Of a stretch of DNA of 64,000 nt, positions 1 through 12,793 are shown in pieces; the stretch's first letter is position 1; each line of letters begins with the position of its first letter. The position numbers were made by a program, and so were the translations under genes. The notes under the pieces were generated by a model that saw only the letters and a program-made list of their open reading frames with translations, had not been told where the DNA came from and made no database searches. Location: positions 26,350,001 through 26,414,000 of the forward strand of contig OZ024741.1 in assembly GCA_964016885.1 (NCBI GenBank), written 5' to 3'. This DNA is from Eledone cirrhosa. Taxonomy: Eukaryota.

Positions 1-315
1 AAAGTAGCAAAATTTAATAAGTGTGGATGGACGGACGAATGATTATTTGAGACTTGAGAGTATGAGTAGGGACAATATTGTACCAGGTTGACCTTTTAAG
101 TTGAACTGAATAGATAGAAACTGTTTGGGAGTCTGATGGATGGTCTGTACATGTAATTCAAAGAACCAGCCTTGTTACATGCTGAATCTCCCTGAGAATT
201 ATGTTAAATGGTGGTGCTCCAGGATGGCCTGAACCAGTCATCTGGAATAGGTAAAGAGTAAATGTATATATGTGTGTGTGTGTGAAATGCTCAGATTACA
301 AGTATGTTGTTCTTC

Positions 316-3300
316 CATTGTTCAATCCCCAGGAACACACTCCTCACACCCAACACAGATCCAGTATATTTATTGTTCAATCCCCAGGAACACACTCCTC
401 ACACCCAACACAGATCCAGTATATCTATTGTTCAATCCCCAGGAACACACTCCTCACACCCAACACAGATCCAGTATATCTATTGTTCAATCCCCAGGAA
501 CACACTCCTCACACCCAACACAGATCCAATATATCTATTGTTCAATCCCCAGGAACACACTCCTCACACCCAACACAGATCCAGTATATTTATTGTTCAA
601 TCCCCAGGAACACACTCCTCACACCCAACACAGATCCAGTATATCTATTGTTCAATCCCCAGGAACACACTCCTCACACCCAACACAGATCCAGTATATC
701 TATTGTTCAAACCCCAGGAACACACTCCTCACACCCAACACAGATCCAGTATATCTATTGTTCAATCCCCAGGAACACACTCCTCACACCCAACACAGAT
801 CCAGTATATCTATTGTTCAATCCCCAGGAACACACTCCTCACACCCAACACAGATCCAGTATATCAATTGTTCAATCCCCAGGAACACACTCCTCACACC
901 CAACACAGATCCAGTATATTTATTGTTCAATCCCCAGGAACACACTCCTCACACCCAACACAGATCCAGTATATCTATTGTTCAATCCCCAGGAACACAC
1001 TCCTCACACCCAACACAGATCCAGTATATCTATTGTTCAATCCCCAGGAACACACTCCTCACACCCAACACAGATCCAGTATATCTATTGTTCAATCCCC
1101 AGGAACACACTCCTCACACCCAACACAGATCCAGTATATCTATTGTTCAATCCCCAGGAACACTTTCCTCACACCCAACACAGATCCAGTATATCTATTG
1201 TTCAATCCCCAGGAACACTTTCCTCACACCCAACACAGATCCAGTATATCTATTGTTCAATCCCCAGGAACACACTCCTCACACCCAACACAGATCCAGT
1301 ATATCTATTGTTCAATCCCCAGGAACACACTCCTCACACCCAACACAGATCCAGTATATTTATTGTTCAATCCCCAGGAACACACTCCTCACACCCAACA
1401 CAGATCCAGTATATCTATTGTTCAATCCCCAGGAACACACTCCTCACACCCAACACAGATCCAGTATATCTATTGTTCAATCCCCAGGAACACACTCCTC
1501 ACACCCAACACAGATCCAGTATATTTATTGTTCAATCCCCAGGAACACACTCCTCACACCCAACACAGATCCAGTATATCTATTGTTCAATCCCCAGGAA
1601 CACACTCCTCACACCCAACACAGATCCAGTATATTTATTGTTCAATCCCCAGGAACACACTCCTCACACCCAACACAGATCCAGTATATTTATTGTTCAA
1701 TCCCCAGGAACACACTCCTCACACCCAACACACATCCAGTATATCTATTGTTCAATCCCCAGGAACACACTCCTCACACCCAACACAGATCCAGTATATC
1801 TATTGTTCAATCCCCAGGAACACACTCCTCACACCCAACACAGATCCAGTATATTTATTGTTCAATCCCCAGGAACACACTCCTCACACCCAACACAGAT
1901 CCAGTATATCTATTGTTCAATCCCCAGGAACACATTCCTCACACCCAACACAGATCCAGTATATCTATTGTTCAATCCCCAGGAACACACTCCTCACACC
2001 CAACACAGATCCAGTATATTTATTGTTCAATCCCCAGGAACACACTCCTCACACCCAACACAGATCCAGTATATCTATTGTTCAATCCCCAGGAACACAC
2101 TCCTCACACCCAACACAGATCCAGTATATTTATTGTTCAATCCCCAGGAACACACTCCTCACACCGAACACAGATCCAGTATATTTATTGTTCAATCCCC
2201 AGGAACACACTCCTCACACCCAACACAGATCCAGTATATCTATTGTTCAATCCCCAGGAACACACTCCTCACACCCAACACACATCCAGTATATCTATTG
2301 TTCAATCCCCAGGAACACACTCCTCACACCCAACACAGATCCAGTATATTTATTGTTCAATCCCCAGGAACACACTCCTCACACCGAACACAGATCCAGT
2401 ATATTTATTGTTCAATCCCCAGGAACACACTCCTCACACCCAACACAGATCCAGTATATCTATTGTTCAATCCCCAGGAACACACTCCTCACACCCAACA
2501 CACATCCAGTATATCTATTGTTCAATCCCCAGGAACACACTCCTCACACCCAACACAGATCCAGTATATTTATTGTTCAATCCCCAGGAACACACTCCTC
2601 ACACCCAACACAGATCCAGTATATCTATTGTTCAATCCCCAGGAACACACTCCTCACACCCAACACAGATCCAGTATATTTATTGTTCAATCCCCAGGAA
2701 CACACTCCTCACACCGAACACAGATCCAGTATATTTATTGTTCAATCCCCAGGAACACACTCCTCACACCCAACACACATCCAGTATATCTATTGTTCAA
2801 TCCCCAGGAACACACTCCTCACACCCAACACAGATCCAGTATATTTATTGTTCAATCCCCAGGAACACACTCCTCACACCCAACACACATCCAGTATATC
2901 TATTGTTCAATCCCCAGGAACACACTCCTCACACCCAACACACATCCAGTATACATATTGTTCAATCCCCAGGAACACACTCCTCACACCCAACACAGAT
3001 CCAGTATATTTATTGTTCAATCCCCAGGAACACACTCCTCACACCCAACACAGATCCAGTATATCTATTGTTCAATCCCCAGGAACACACTCCTCACACC
3101 CAACACAGATCCAGTATATCTATTGTTCAATCCCCAGGAACACACTCCTCACACCCAACACAGATCCAGTATATTTATTGTTCAATCCCCAGGAACACAC
3201 TCCTCACACCCAACACAGATCCAGTATATTTATTGTTCAATCCCCAGGAACACACTCCTCACACCCAACACAGATCCAGTATATCTATTGTTCAATCCCC

Positions 3301-3565
3301 AGGAACACACTCCTCACACCCAACACAGATCCAGTATATCTATTGTTCAATCCCCAGGAACACACTCCTCACACCCAACACAGATCCAGTATATCTATTG
3401 TTCAATCCCCAGGAACACACTCCTCACACCCAACACAGATCCAGTATATCTATTGTTCAATCCCCAGGAACACACTCCTCACACCCAACACAGATCCAGT
3501 ATATCAATTGTTCAATCCCCAGGAACACACTCCTCACACCCAACACAGATCCAGTATATCTATTG
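316..3565. repeat. Minisatellite, 55-bp unit, about 59 copies
   Basis: Unit TATTGTTCAATCCCCAGGAACACACTCCTCACACCCAACACAGATCCAGTATATC, highly homogeneous. Confidence 0.98.
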
Positions 3566-5897
3566 ATTTCCCATAATATTATCACAACTGTGAACTGAAA
3601 TTGCAGGCTATCGATGGCTTTGTTGTTATGTCTTGGTAAGATATTCTTTTTTCTAAACCAAAAATATATTTATTTCATTGTCTATCTAAACTATAATAAA
3701 GAAAGGAGTGCGGCACTGCATCCAGAATATATTTTTTTATCCCGTTTGTAAAATAAGTTGGATTACTTTGAATAAATAATTGTTTCTACTTTAGGCACAA
3801 GGCCAGAAATTAGCCAGTGCATTACTGGTACTTTATTTTATCGACCCCGTAAGGATGAAAGGCAAAGTTAACCTCAGCGGGATTTGAACTCAGACTATAT
3901 AGGGAGGTAACTCTATGCTTCAAAGCATGGCGCCCAACCCTCTACTTTGAATAAATAATTGTTTCTACTTTAGGCACAAGGCCAGCAATTACCCAGTTGG
4001 TACTTTATTTTATTGACCCCGTAAGGATGAAAGGCAAAGTCAACCTACTTTGAAAAAATAATGAATGAATATTACATAATTTATCTGCTAAATTTCGTTA
4101 TTCTTGATTAAATATAAATAATTTTGTTGCTTATGTTTTTAGATTCACTTCTTTAAAATTTTCAAATGTGAACACTTCCGGTTAGTGATCCCTTAAATAA
4201 ACATTCATATATTTCCATCATTAATTTTCTCCTAATGCAGTTTATATATATCGTCTTTTTTTAATGTATCATGGATTACGTTACTGATTACATAAGACAG
4301 TGTAATGCAGTCTTCGTTCAATTTCTGTGTATATTGTCAATTACGATTTTATTTGATCATATCTACATGTATATATACTTGCGTATAATATCAATATACA
4401 CACTGCACCTTCAGGTGGTTTTTCTGCTAGTACAGTTAATAAAGTAACTAGACAATAACAATCAAAATTAATGAAATTACCTTTCATCCTTTTGTGGTCT
4501 ATAAAAACTGCAGGTGAGAGGAGGTACAGTATTATTAACTATACTCTTATATCACCATAGAGTCCCTTTTGTCTTTTAAAATATATGTATACCCTTATTG
4601 TTATTATTACTATTATAAGGGCTATGGCTTGGCAAAATCTTTAGACAAAATACCTTGGGGTATTTGTTCCACTTCTTTATATTCTAGCTTTGATAGAATA
4701 TTGTGTTGTTCTCTTGCAGAATCGAAGATGTCCAGTTTCTTGGTCAGCCTATGAACTTTTCAGCCAACACTTTTATATGTGGTTGATGTAATTTTGGTTG
4801 TTTCACTATACATCTCTTTGTGTTAAAACCCACACACCAACACACATAGACACACACACCAACACACATAGACACACACACCAACACCCAGACAGACACA
4901 CACCAACACACACACACACCAACACACAAACACAGATACACACACACCAACACACACACGCACCAACACACAAACACATACACACACACCAACACACAAA
5001 CTATGTTTTTGTCCTGTGCCGTCATAATGTTTTCCTTGATGTTAACCCTTATGGCGAATAAAGAAATAATTATTTCCAAGGTAACTATTATTATTGAATG
5101 GCCCGAGTTAATGGACCTGCTCTAATGTGTGTACATGTAGATTGGAGGGAGGACACCTGGCTTGGTGGTCAGGGTGACTGGCTTTTGTGGCTTTTCTTCA
5201 CAAGAAACTCTCACATGTCTCCCCCACCCACCCACCACCACTACTGGGGAGTTTTCTTTTGTTTCTATTTGTTGTTACATTCTTTCTTTTTGTTTTATAT
5301 TAAGTTCTTTTTTTTTTGTTTATATTAATTTTTACACACAGAAACCCACACTGTACCGTCCTGTGCTATCCTTAATGTATTTTTTATGTAAACCCTTTGT
5401 AGTCAATAAAGAAAACATTATTATCATTACTCGATGAAACCAATGTTGTCTACTTCTTTCTGCCACTCTCTCTCTCTCTCTCACTAAACAAATGATGTTC
5501 ATTTTCTCTCTCTCTCTATGTACATCTTTCTCACTTGGTGCTCCCCCTCTCTCTCTATATAGACGAGGGCGACATCATAACTTTCTGTCTATCTACCTCT
5601 TCCTATCACCTCAAAAACACATGGCATTCTCTTCTCTCTCTCTCTCTCTCTCTATGTACATATCTCTTGCTTGGCACTCCCCCTTGCTATATAAAGTGAG
5701 CATGATGGACAAACAGACAGAGAGACAGACAGACAATGATATTATTATCATATAGATTGTTATAAGGATTATTGTTCAGTTCCAATTTCCATATTTTCTG
5801 TTTTCTCCATTTCACAGACATTTCCATTACTATTGATTTATTGAGGAGGAGGGATTTTATATTGGAGGGGTTTTACAGATATTCCCCCTCCTCCTCC

Positions 5898-6184
5898 TCA
5901 TCATCATCATCATCATTGTTGTTGTTGTCATCACCATCAACATCATTACCATCATCATCACCACCATCACCATCATTACCATCATCATCATCACCACCAT
6001 CACCATCATTACCATCATCACCACCACCATCAACATCATTACCATCATTATCACCATCATTACCATCATCATCACCATCTTCATAATCATTACCATCATC
6101 ATCACCATCTTCATAATCATCGTCATTACTATCGTTATCGTCATCATGACCTTCACACATTAAATGAGGATGCTGACTGTCATA

Positions 6185-6222
<38 letters not shown>

Positions 6223-6235
6223 TCATCATCATCAT
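5898..6235. repeat. (CAT/CAC)n low-complexity tract plus (TA)n
   Basis: Direct inspection. Confidence 0.9.
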
Positions 6236-6475
6236 GGGTCCAGGTTTTTATCATTTATTTTGTTTGACCTGTTTAGCTTGATTTGTTTTTTGGCTTAGGT
6301 GGTTATTGCCTTCTTCACCACTGTTTCAGTTTCTATGGCGTTCTAACATATTGTTTAGCTCTGGTTTTTTAACTATTGCCAGTATTTCTACGATTTTGTG
6401 TTTCGTTTCGCTTTTTCTACCAGCCGAAATACGATTCTCGCTGAATTATATTTATATTTATATATATATATATAT

Positions 6476-8244
6476 GAGACTGATGAATGTGGAGAACGAA
6501 TGGGAGAGAGAAATTACCCTTAGTAGATCCGACAGAGGGACCAGCTATTGAGATTGACGAATATAGGGTCCAAGAGGCGATTAAGGAAATGAAAAATGGT
6601 AAGGCTGCTGGACCATCGGGAATAGTTGCTGAGATGCTGAAGGCATCAGGGGACGTAGGCACTAAACTGGTTGCACGCATCATCAATCAGGCTATATATG
6701 GTGGTGTCATACCCAAAGACTGGTGCAGCAGTATTCTCATAAATTGCTACAAAGGTAAAGGGGATGCTCTGGAGAGGAGCAATTATAGGGGTATAAAACT
6801 GATAGATCAGGTTATGAAAGTGGCAGAAAGGATATTAGCACAACTAATTAGAGAAAGGGTCAAACTAGATGAGATGCAGTTTGGTTTTGTGCCTGGGAAG
6901 AGTACAACAGATGCCCTCTTCTTGGTGAGACAATTGCAAGAGAGGTTCTTAGAGAAAAATAAGCCACTATACTTAGCCTTTGTTGACCTAGAGAAGGCCT
7001 TTGATAGGGTACCCCGATCTGTCATCTGGTGGTCCCTAAGGAAGCTAGGTGTTGAGGAATGGCTTGTGAGGACAGTGCAAACTTTGTACAGAGGTACTCG
7101 CAGTAAAGTCAGGGTAGGAATGGAGTTTAGTGAGGAATTCCAGATACAAGTAGGAGTACATCAGGGTTTGGTCCTCAGTTCGCTCTTGTTCATTATAGTC
7201 CTCCCTAGCCATAACAGAGGAGTTTAAGACTGGCTGTCCATGGGAACTTCTCTATGCTGACGATCTGGTTTTTATAGCAGAATCAGTAGAGGAGCTAGAG
7301 AATAAATTCGGGCTATGGAAACAGCAGTTGGAAGCAAGAGGACTGAGGGTGAACCTAGCTAAGACAAAAGTGTTGATGAGTAGAAAAGAGGACAAAACCC
7401 TGATTCCGTCAGGGAAATGGCCATGTCCGATATGCAGAAAAGGAACTGGCATAAATTCTATAAAATGCACACAATGCAGATCCTGGGTACACAAGAGATG
7501 TAGCGGGATAGCAGGCAAACTAACAGGTAGGGAGAAATATGTATGCAGTAGATGTACAGGGAAATTAGACAGTAGAAGTCGCATTGATAGACACATTTTT
7601 CAAATGCAGGAGGGCGCTATAGAAGTGGTGGATAGCTTCCGGTACCTAGGAGATCAGATTAGCATGGGAGGAGGGTGTTCCGAGGCCATAGTATCTAGAA
7701 TAAGGACGGGTAGGAAGAAGTTTAGGGAGCTGCTTCCTCTGTTGACGAAGAAGGGTTTCTCCCTGCATACGAAAGGCCGGTTGTATGATGCCTGTGTGAG
7801 GAGCGCGATGCTGCATGGTAGTGAGACATGGGCAGCAACTGCAGAGGATATGCAACGGCTGGAGAGAAATGAGGCAAGCATGCTCCGTTGGATGTGCAGT
7901 GTAAATGTGCGTGAACGACCCAGCATAAATGTGTTGAGAGAGAAACTGTGTCTGAGAGGGATAGAATGTAGTGTACGGGAGAGGAGACTGAGGTGGTATG
8001 GACATGTGATGCGCATGGAGGATGACCGATGGGTGAAGAAGTGCCAGGAAATGCCAGTTGAAGGAAGACGTGGTAGAGGTAGACCACGAAAAACATGGGC
8101 GGAGGTGGTGAGAACAGACCTCAGATCATTGAAGCTCACGGTGGAGATGACGAGGGACCGTGACGAGTGGAGAGATGCTGTGCTGAATAAGACCCGTCCC
8201 ACCCTTGCAAGCAGGGAAAAGCGGACGTAAAATGATGATGATGA

Positions 8245-8247
<3 letters not shown>
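6476..8247 (+). mobile_element. 5'-truncated RTE-clade LINE (family 1), reverse transcriptase with one frameshift
   Basis: RT motifs QFGF, LAFVDLEKAFDRVPR, GVHQG and YADD (7253-7264); frameshift near 7203; RTE-type C-terminus RLRWYGHV...RGRPRKTW; (GAT)n tail; flanked by (TA)n. Confidence 0.95.
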
Positions 8248-8316
<69 letters not shown>

Positions 8317-8328
8317 TTTATATAGATG

Positions 8329-8379
8329 AGATTCTACAGGACTAGAACTGTTTTATTCTTTAGAAATCATCAGGAATCT
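8329..8379 (-). ncRNA. Inverted copy of the hammerhead motif, probably inactive (GAAA to AAAA)
   Basis: Reverse complement of 8993-9043 with one change at 8354, which hits catalytic G12. Confidence 0.6.
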
Positions 8380-8992
8380 GGCTTTCCAAAAATAAATGTT
8401 GTGGTATTTATATCTTTTCAGGTGGTAGGAAAGAAAAGGGAATTCATTAATGGCCTTTGTCACTCTAAGTAGAACTTTAAAGAATTAGCTTTTAAAGAAT
8501 TTCCCTTTTCTTTAAATCCATCAACCATGACCGACCCCCAACGATCTTATAGACACCTGAAATATAGGCATTGTTAGCTGAAGAAAAACTTAAAAATAAG
8601 GAGTGGTACCCCATTCTGAACTTGTTTATAGAATTCTTTCTGCCTTTGTCACTCTAAATATAAATTATAGCCTTAAAGAATTAGCTTTTAATGAATTCCC
8701 TTTTCTTTAAATCCATCAACCATGACCGACCCCCAACGATCTTATAGACACCTGAAATATAGGCATTGTTAGCTGAAGAAAAACTTAAAAATAAGGAGTG
8801 GTACCCCATTCTGAACTTGTTTATAGAATTCTTTCTGCCTTTGTCACTCTAAATATAAATTATAGCCTTAAAGAATTAGCTTTTAATGAATTCCCTTTTC
8901 TTTCAACCAATGACCTCTACTCATCCCACTCCCCACCCCTCTCCTACCACCTGAAAAGATATAAATACCACAACATTTATTTTTGGAAAGCC

Positions 8993-9043
8993 AGATTCCT
9001 GATGATTTCTAAAGAATGAAACAGTTCTAGTCCTGTAGAATCT
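8993..9043 (+). ncRNA. Type I hammerhead ribozyme motif
   Basis: AGATTC-CTGATGA-[t TTC taaa GAA t]-GAAA-CAG ttctagtc CTG-TA-GAATCT: 6-bp helix I, intact core, 4-bp helix III, GUA cleavage triplet at 9035-9037; helix II is weak. Confidence 0.7.
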
Positions 9044-9723
9044 CATCTATATTAAAACTTTTATACTCTGCTATGTATTGAGTACCTTACTTATTGTGGT
9101 TACCTCCGATTCAACCCGGATTAACGTACCTATATATATATATATATATATATACATATATTTATATATAATTGGTGTTGGATGCTTAAAGCGTCCGTAT
9201 GCGGTAGGCCGTTTAAGCACTCGATGCCCTCACATATGTGTGTTTGAATTTACAGCACAAGAATCAGTGTTGTGATGAATGGAATTTATTGGACATATTA
9301 CAATCGTTTCTCTGGCGACCAGCTCGAGGAACGATCGATGTGATGATCGAACCTGACTCTGAAAATCACAAGGTCCTCAGATACGTCTTGATTCTACGAA
9401 GCAGATTTTCCTATAGGAAAATGCTTCCCATGAAACTCAGAATGACAACAGAGAGTAATCTCTCTAATATAATAAAAATATGTAGGTGTCACATCACAAA
9501 GCACCCAGTACACACTGTAAATAAGGTTGGTGTTAGGAATGGCATCCAGCTGTAGAAACCAAGGCATGGTCACCTGACCTGGCCTTTCTCACAAGACAAC
9601 TCGTCTAACCCATGCTAATGTGAAAAGAAATGGACATTAAACAGTGAGGATGATTACACTCTACTTTGGTATTGAGTACTTTTTCCTTGTGCTGTAAATT
9701 CAAACACACATATGTGTGTTTGA

Positions 9724-10464
9724 ATGATGCGTGTATCCGAACAGCGATGTTGCATGGTAGTGAGACCTGGGCGCTGAAGGTGGAAGACTTACGTAGATTA
9801 GAGAGAAACGAAGCCTGCATGCTCCGATGGATGTGTAACAGTAATATACGTGAACGACAAAGCATAAAGGAATTGAGAGAGAGACTGAGCATAAGAGGAA
9901 TCAAATGCTGCGTGCAGGAGAGGCGGTTACGCTGGTATGGACATGTGATGCGTATGAAGGATGACAGCTGCATAAAAAGGTGCAGAGCACTAGAAGTTGA
10001 TGGAAACCGCGGAGTGGGGAGACCCAAGATGACTTGGGATGAGGTGATAAAAGCCGACCTTACCCAACTACACCTCTCAAAGACAATGACACACGACCGT
10101 GACTTCTGGCGTCACGCAGTAATACAGGGTACCCGACCTCCCATGGGTACATGCTGAAGCATATAAACAATATGCCCCCACTCCCCCCACCGCAAGGTGG
10201 TCGTGGAGGTGCCACGGCAAAAAAGCACCCAGCCCACACTGTAAAGTGGACGTGTAGGCGCCACGAAAAAGCACCCAGCACTCACTGTAAATGAGGTTGG
10301 TGTTAGGAAGGGCATCCAGCTGTAGAAATCAAGCCAGATCAGTTCCTGTATGAGCAAGGCATGGTCAGCCGACCAGACACTGCCCACAACAGGACAACCC
10401 GTCTAACCCATGCTAGCGTGGAAGAACGGACGTAAAACGGTGATGATGATGATGATGATGATGA
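9724..10464 (+). mobile_element. RTE family 2, 3' fragment with long 3' UTR
   Basis: DACIRTAMLHGSETW...RLRWYGHVMRM; (TGA)n tail. Confidence 0.92.
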
Positions 10465-10471
10465 TATGTGA

Positions 10472-10637
10472 AGGCGCATGGCTTAGTGGTTAGAGCATTG
10501 GGCTGGCAATCGAAAGGTTGTGAGTTCAATTCTCGGACTGGGTGATGTGTTGTTTCCTTGAGCAAGACACTTTATTTAACGTTGCTCCAGTTTACTCAGC
10601 TGTAGAAATGAGATGATAGGACTGGGGTCCCTATCAT
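10472..10637 (+). mobile_element. tRNA-derived SINE family B, 5' portion
   Basis: TGGCTTAGTGG A box, GTTCAATTC B box; near-identical to the head of 63476-63815(-). Confidence 0.85.
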
Positions 10638-11204
10638 TAAATCACACAAGACACCTCCAACGAGATATACCTTGGAGGAGGCCAGCTAGACCTGCATAGG
10701 TGTGAGCTGTCACACACACACACATAGGTGTGAGCTGTCACACACACACACACACATAGGTGTGAGCTGTAACAACAACAACAACAAACATACATGGCTG
10801 ACAAACGAAGATTGCAGCAGATGTCCAAGAACAACAGTCAGTAAAAGCACACATGAAACAGACCCTATTAACTATTCAGATGGCTCCCTAAAAATAGTTT
10901 CTGCTTCCTGAGTGACCAAATTAATAGTCTAAAGTCTAAAATCTGTCTCAAGCCATGAGGCTCATCAGGCCAGTGTTTATCCCAGTTTAGGTGGACAGGG
11001 TGCCTGTACACAGGGTTAACCCCCCAGGTATTGCTGGTACTCATCTTCAGCTGAGTATACAGGAGCAACAGGAAATGATATGTGTTCAAGAACACAACAC
11101 ACAACTCAGTTCAGGAATCAAACCCACAACATTATGATCATGTCCAATACATTTACCACTAGACCATGCACCTTCATTAGTAGGGGGTAGTGGAAAGTAC
11201 AGTA

Positions 11205-11675
11205 GCCATGGTGAGAACAGATTAGAAAAAAATTAGTGAGCTACTGCCCCTGCTGGCCATAAAGGGTTTTTCTCTCAGAGTGAAAGGTTGATGGTATGAT
11301 GCCTGTGTGTGAACCGCAATGCTGTGTGGAAGCAAGATTTGGGCACTGAATATAGAGGATCTGAGACACCTGGGCAGAAATAAGACAAATATCCTCCAAT
11401 GGTTGTGTAAAAAGTACAAAGCATTAATGGGCTGAGAGAAAAACTGGGGATAAGGGAGATTGAGTACAGTGTACAAGAGAGAAGACCCTGCTGGTATGTT
11501 ATGTGATGAGTGTGAAAGGGAAGAGCTGCATAAAGAAGTACAGGGCACACAAAGTCGAAGGAACCTGTGTAAGATGATGACCTAATAAAGCATGGAAGCC
11601 TGAACTCAAAATGTTGAACCTTGCAGAAGAGACGACACAGCAGGTAATATGAAGAGCTACAGAAGACTTGCATCT
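11205..11675 (+). mobile_element. Degenerate RTE 3' fragment
   Basis: Eroded KGFSLRVKG..YDACV..AML motif with stops. Confidence 0.75.
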
Positions 11676-12399
11676 CTATACAGGTTGATAAAAAAGTATC
11701 AGTCTACTACTGGGGTCGATTCTTCCTCTATATCCCTTTCTCACTTCCATTCTCTTACTTTCCTTCTCTGGAAGAAATCTGCTGTATTCTGACATGGAGA
11801 GGATTGGGCTCTACCAGGTTTAGAAATGCCCTAGAAACACTGTATGTCATCACAATGCTCTCATGACTCCTTCAGGAGTCACAGGACCATGCTTGCCAGG
11901 CATCTTCGTTTCAAGGGCTTAGATGTAGTTTCATTAATGGTTTCTAATTTAGGCACAAGACTAGAAATTTGGGGAGATGGCGAATCCATTACTCTAGTTC
12001 TTAATTGGTGCTTTATTTTAACAACCCCAGAATGAAGAAAGGCATAGTTGATCTTGGCAGGATTTGAATTTGCAATGTAAAGAGCCATAATTGAATACTG
12101 CAAGGCATTTTGTTCGATGCTCTAACGATTCTACTAATCAATTCCTTTAAGAAGTGTCTGTCATTAATAATGTTTTCTGATTTAGGCACAAGGCCAACCA
12201 TTTTTGGGGAGAGGAAAGTCGATTAAGTCAACTCCAGTGCGTTACTGGTGCTTTATTTTATTGACCCCATAAGGTTGAAAAGCAAAGATAACCTCGGCGG
12301 GATTTGAACTCAGAATGTAAAGGGCCGTAACTCTATGCCCCAAACTGTTGTTCAACGTTCTACCGATACTGCCAATCCACTAATAATAAACATATATAC

Positions 12400-12712
12400 A
12401 TAGGAACCTCGATTCACGAACTCCTTCCACCGTGAACAAATCAATTCATAAAGAATTTTTCGAACATAAAACGTCACGGTTCACGAACGGTGATCGAGCA
12501 ACGAACACGCAAACCGGCATCAACGGTTGACAACAAACTTGGAGTATCGACGGGAAAGTGTTACTTGCTGAGTAGTTAGTTACTATGGTGATATATATCG
12601 TCTTTCACACACAATCTCTTAACATTTCGTATGGGGAAAATAGTTTCGGCTTACGAACATTTCAGGTGACAAATAGCCTTCAGGAACAAATTAAGTTTGT
12701 GAGCCGAGGTAG
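12400..12712. mobile_element. Tigger/pogo-like MITE just upstream of the TMEM9 start
   Basis: Imperfect TIRs ACCTCGATTCACGAACT (12406) / AGTTTGTGAGCCGAGGT (12694). Confidence 0.65.
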
Positions 12713-12793
12713 AATTATCTCCCTTAAAATCACTCTTCATATTATAAATCACGTTCACTATGGTGTGTATAGTTGGCCATCATAATTGAAAAC

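Larger units (their letters stand above)
8313..9130 (+). mobile_element. Hammerhead-bearing element with an inverted 5' arm and an internal 195-bp tandem duplication (Penelope-like/retrozyme-like remnant)
   Basis: About 118-bp inverted repeat 8313-8430 / 8942-9059; direct repeat of period 195 (8521 vs 8716); (TA)n on both sides. Confidence 0.55.

Noticed and set aside
270-3598. Three ORFs of about 1100 aa, one in each + frame
   Set aside because: The 55-bp unit has no + strand stop and its length is not a multiple of 3, so all frames cycle through the same peptide; a tandem-repeat artefact.
3540-4515. Possible minus-strand exons (acceptor near 3653; ATG AAA G/gtaatt near 4480)
   Set aside because: The upstream piece resembles a SINE remnant, the spliced frames give no recognisable protein, and they run into the array.
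10472-10548. tRNA gene
   Set aside because: Pol III boxes are present but the acceptor stem is poor and it continues into a SINE body duplicated at 63650-63815.
10900-10975. Second hammerhead candidate on - (CTGATGA gcc tcat ggc tt GAGAC)
   Set aside because: No GAAA box and no helix I or III pairing; looks like a SINE remnant.
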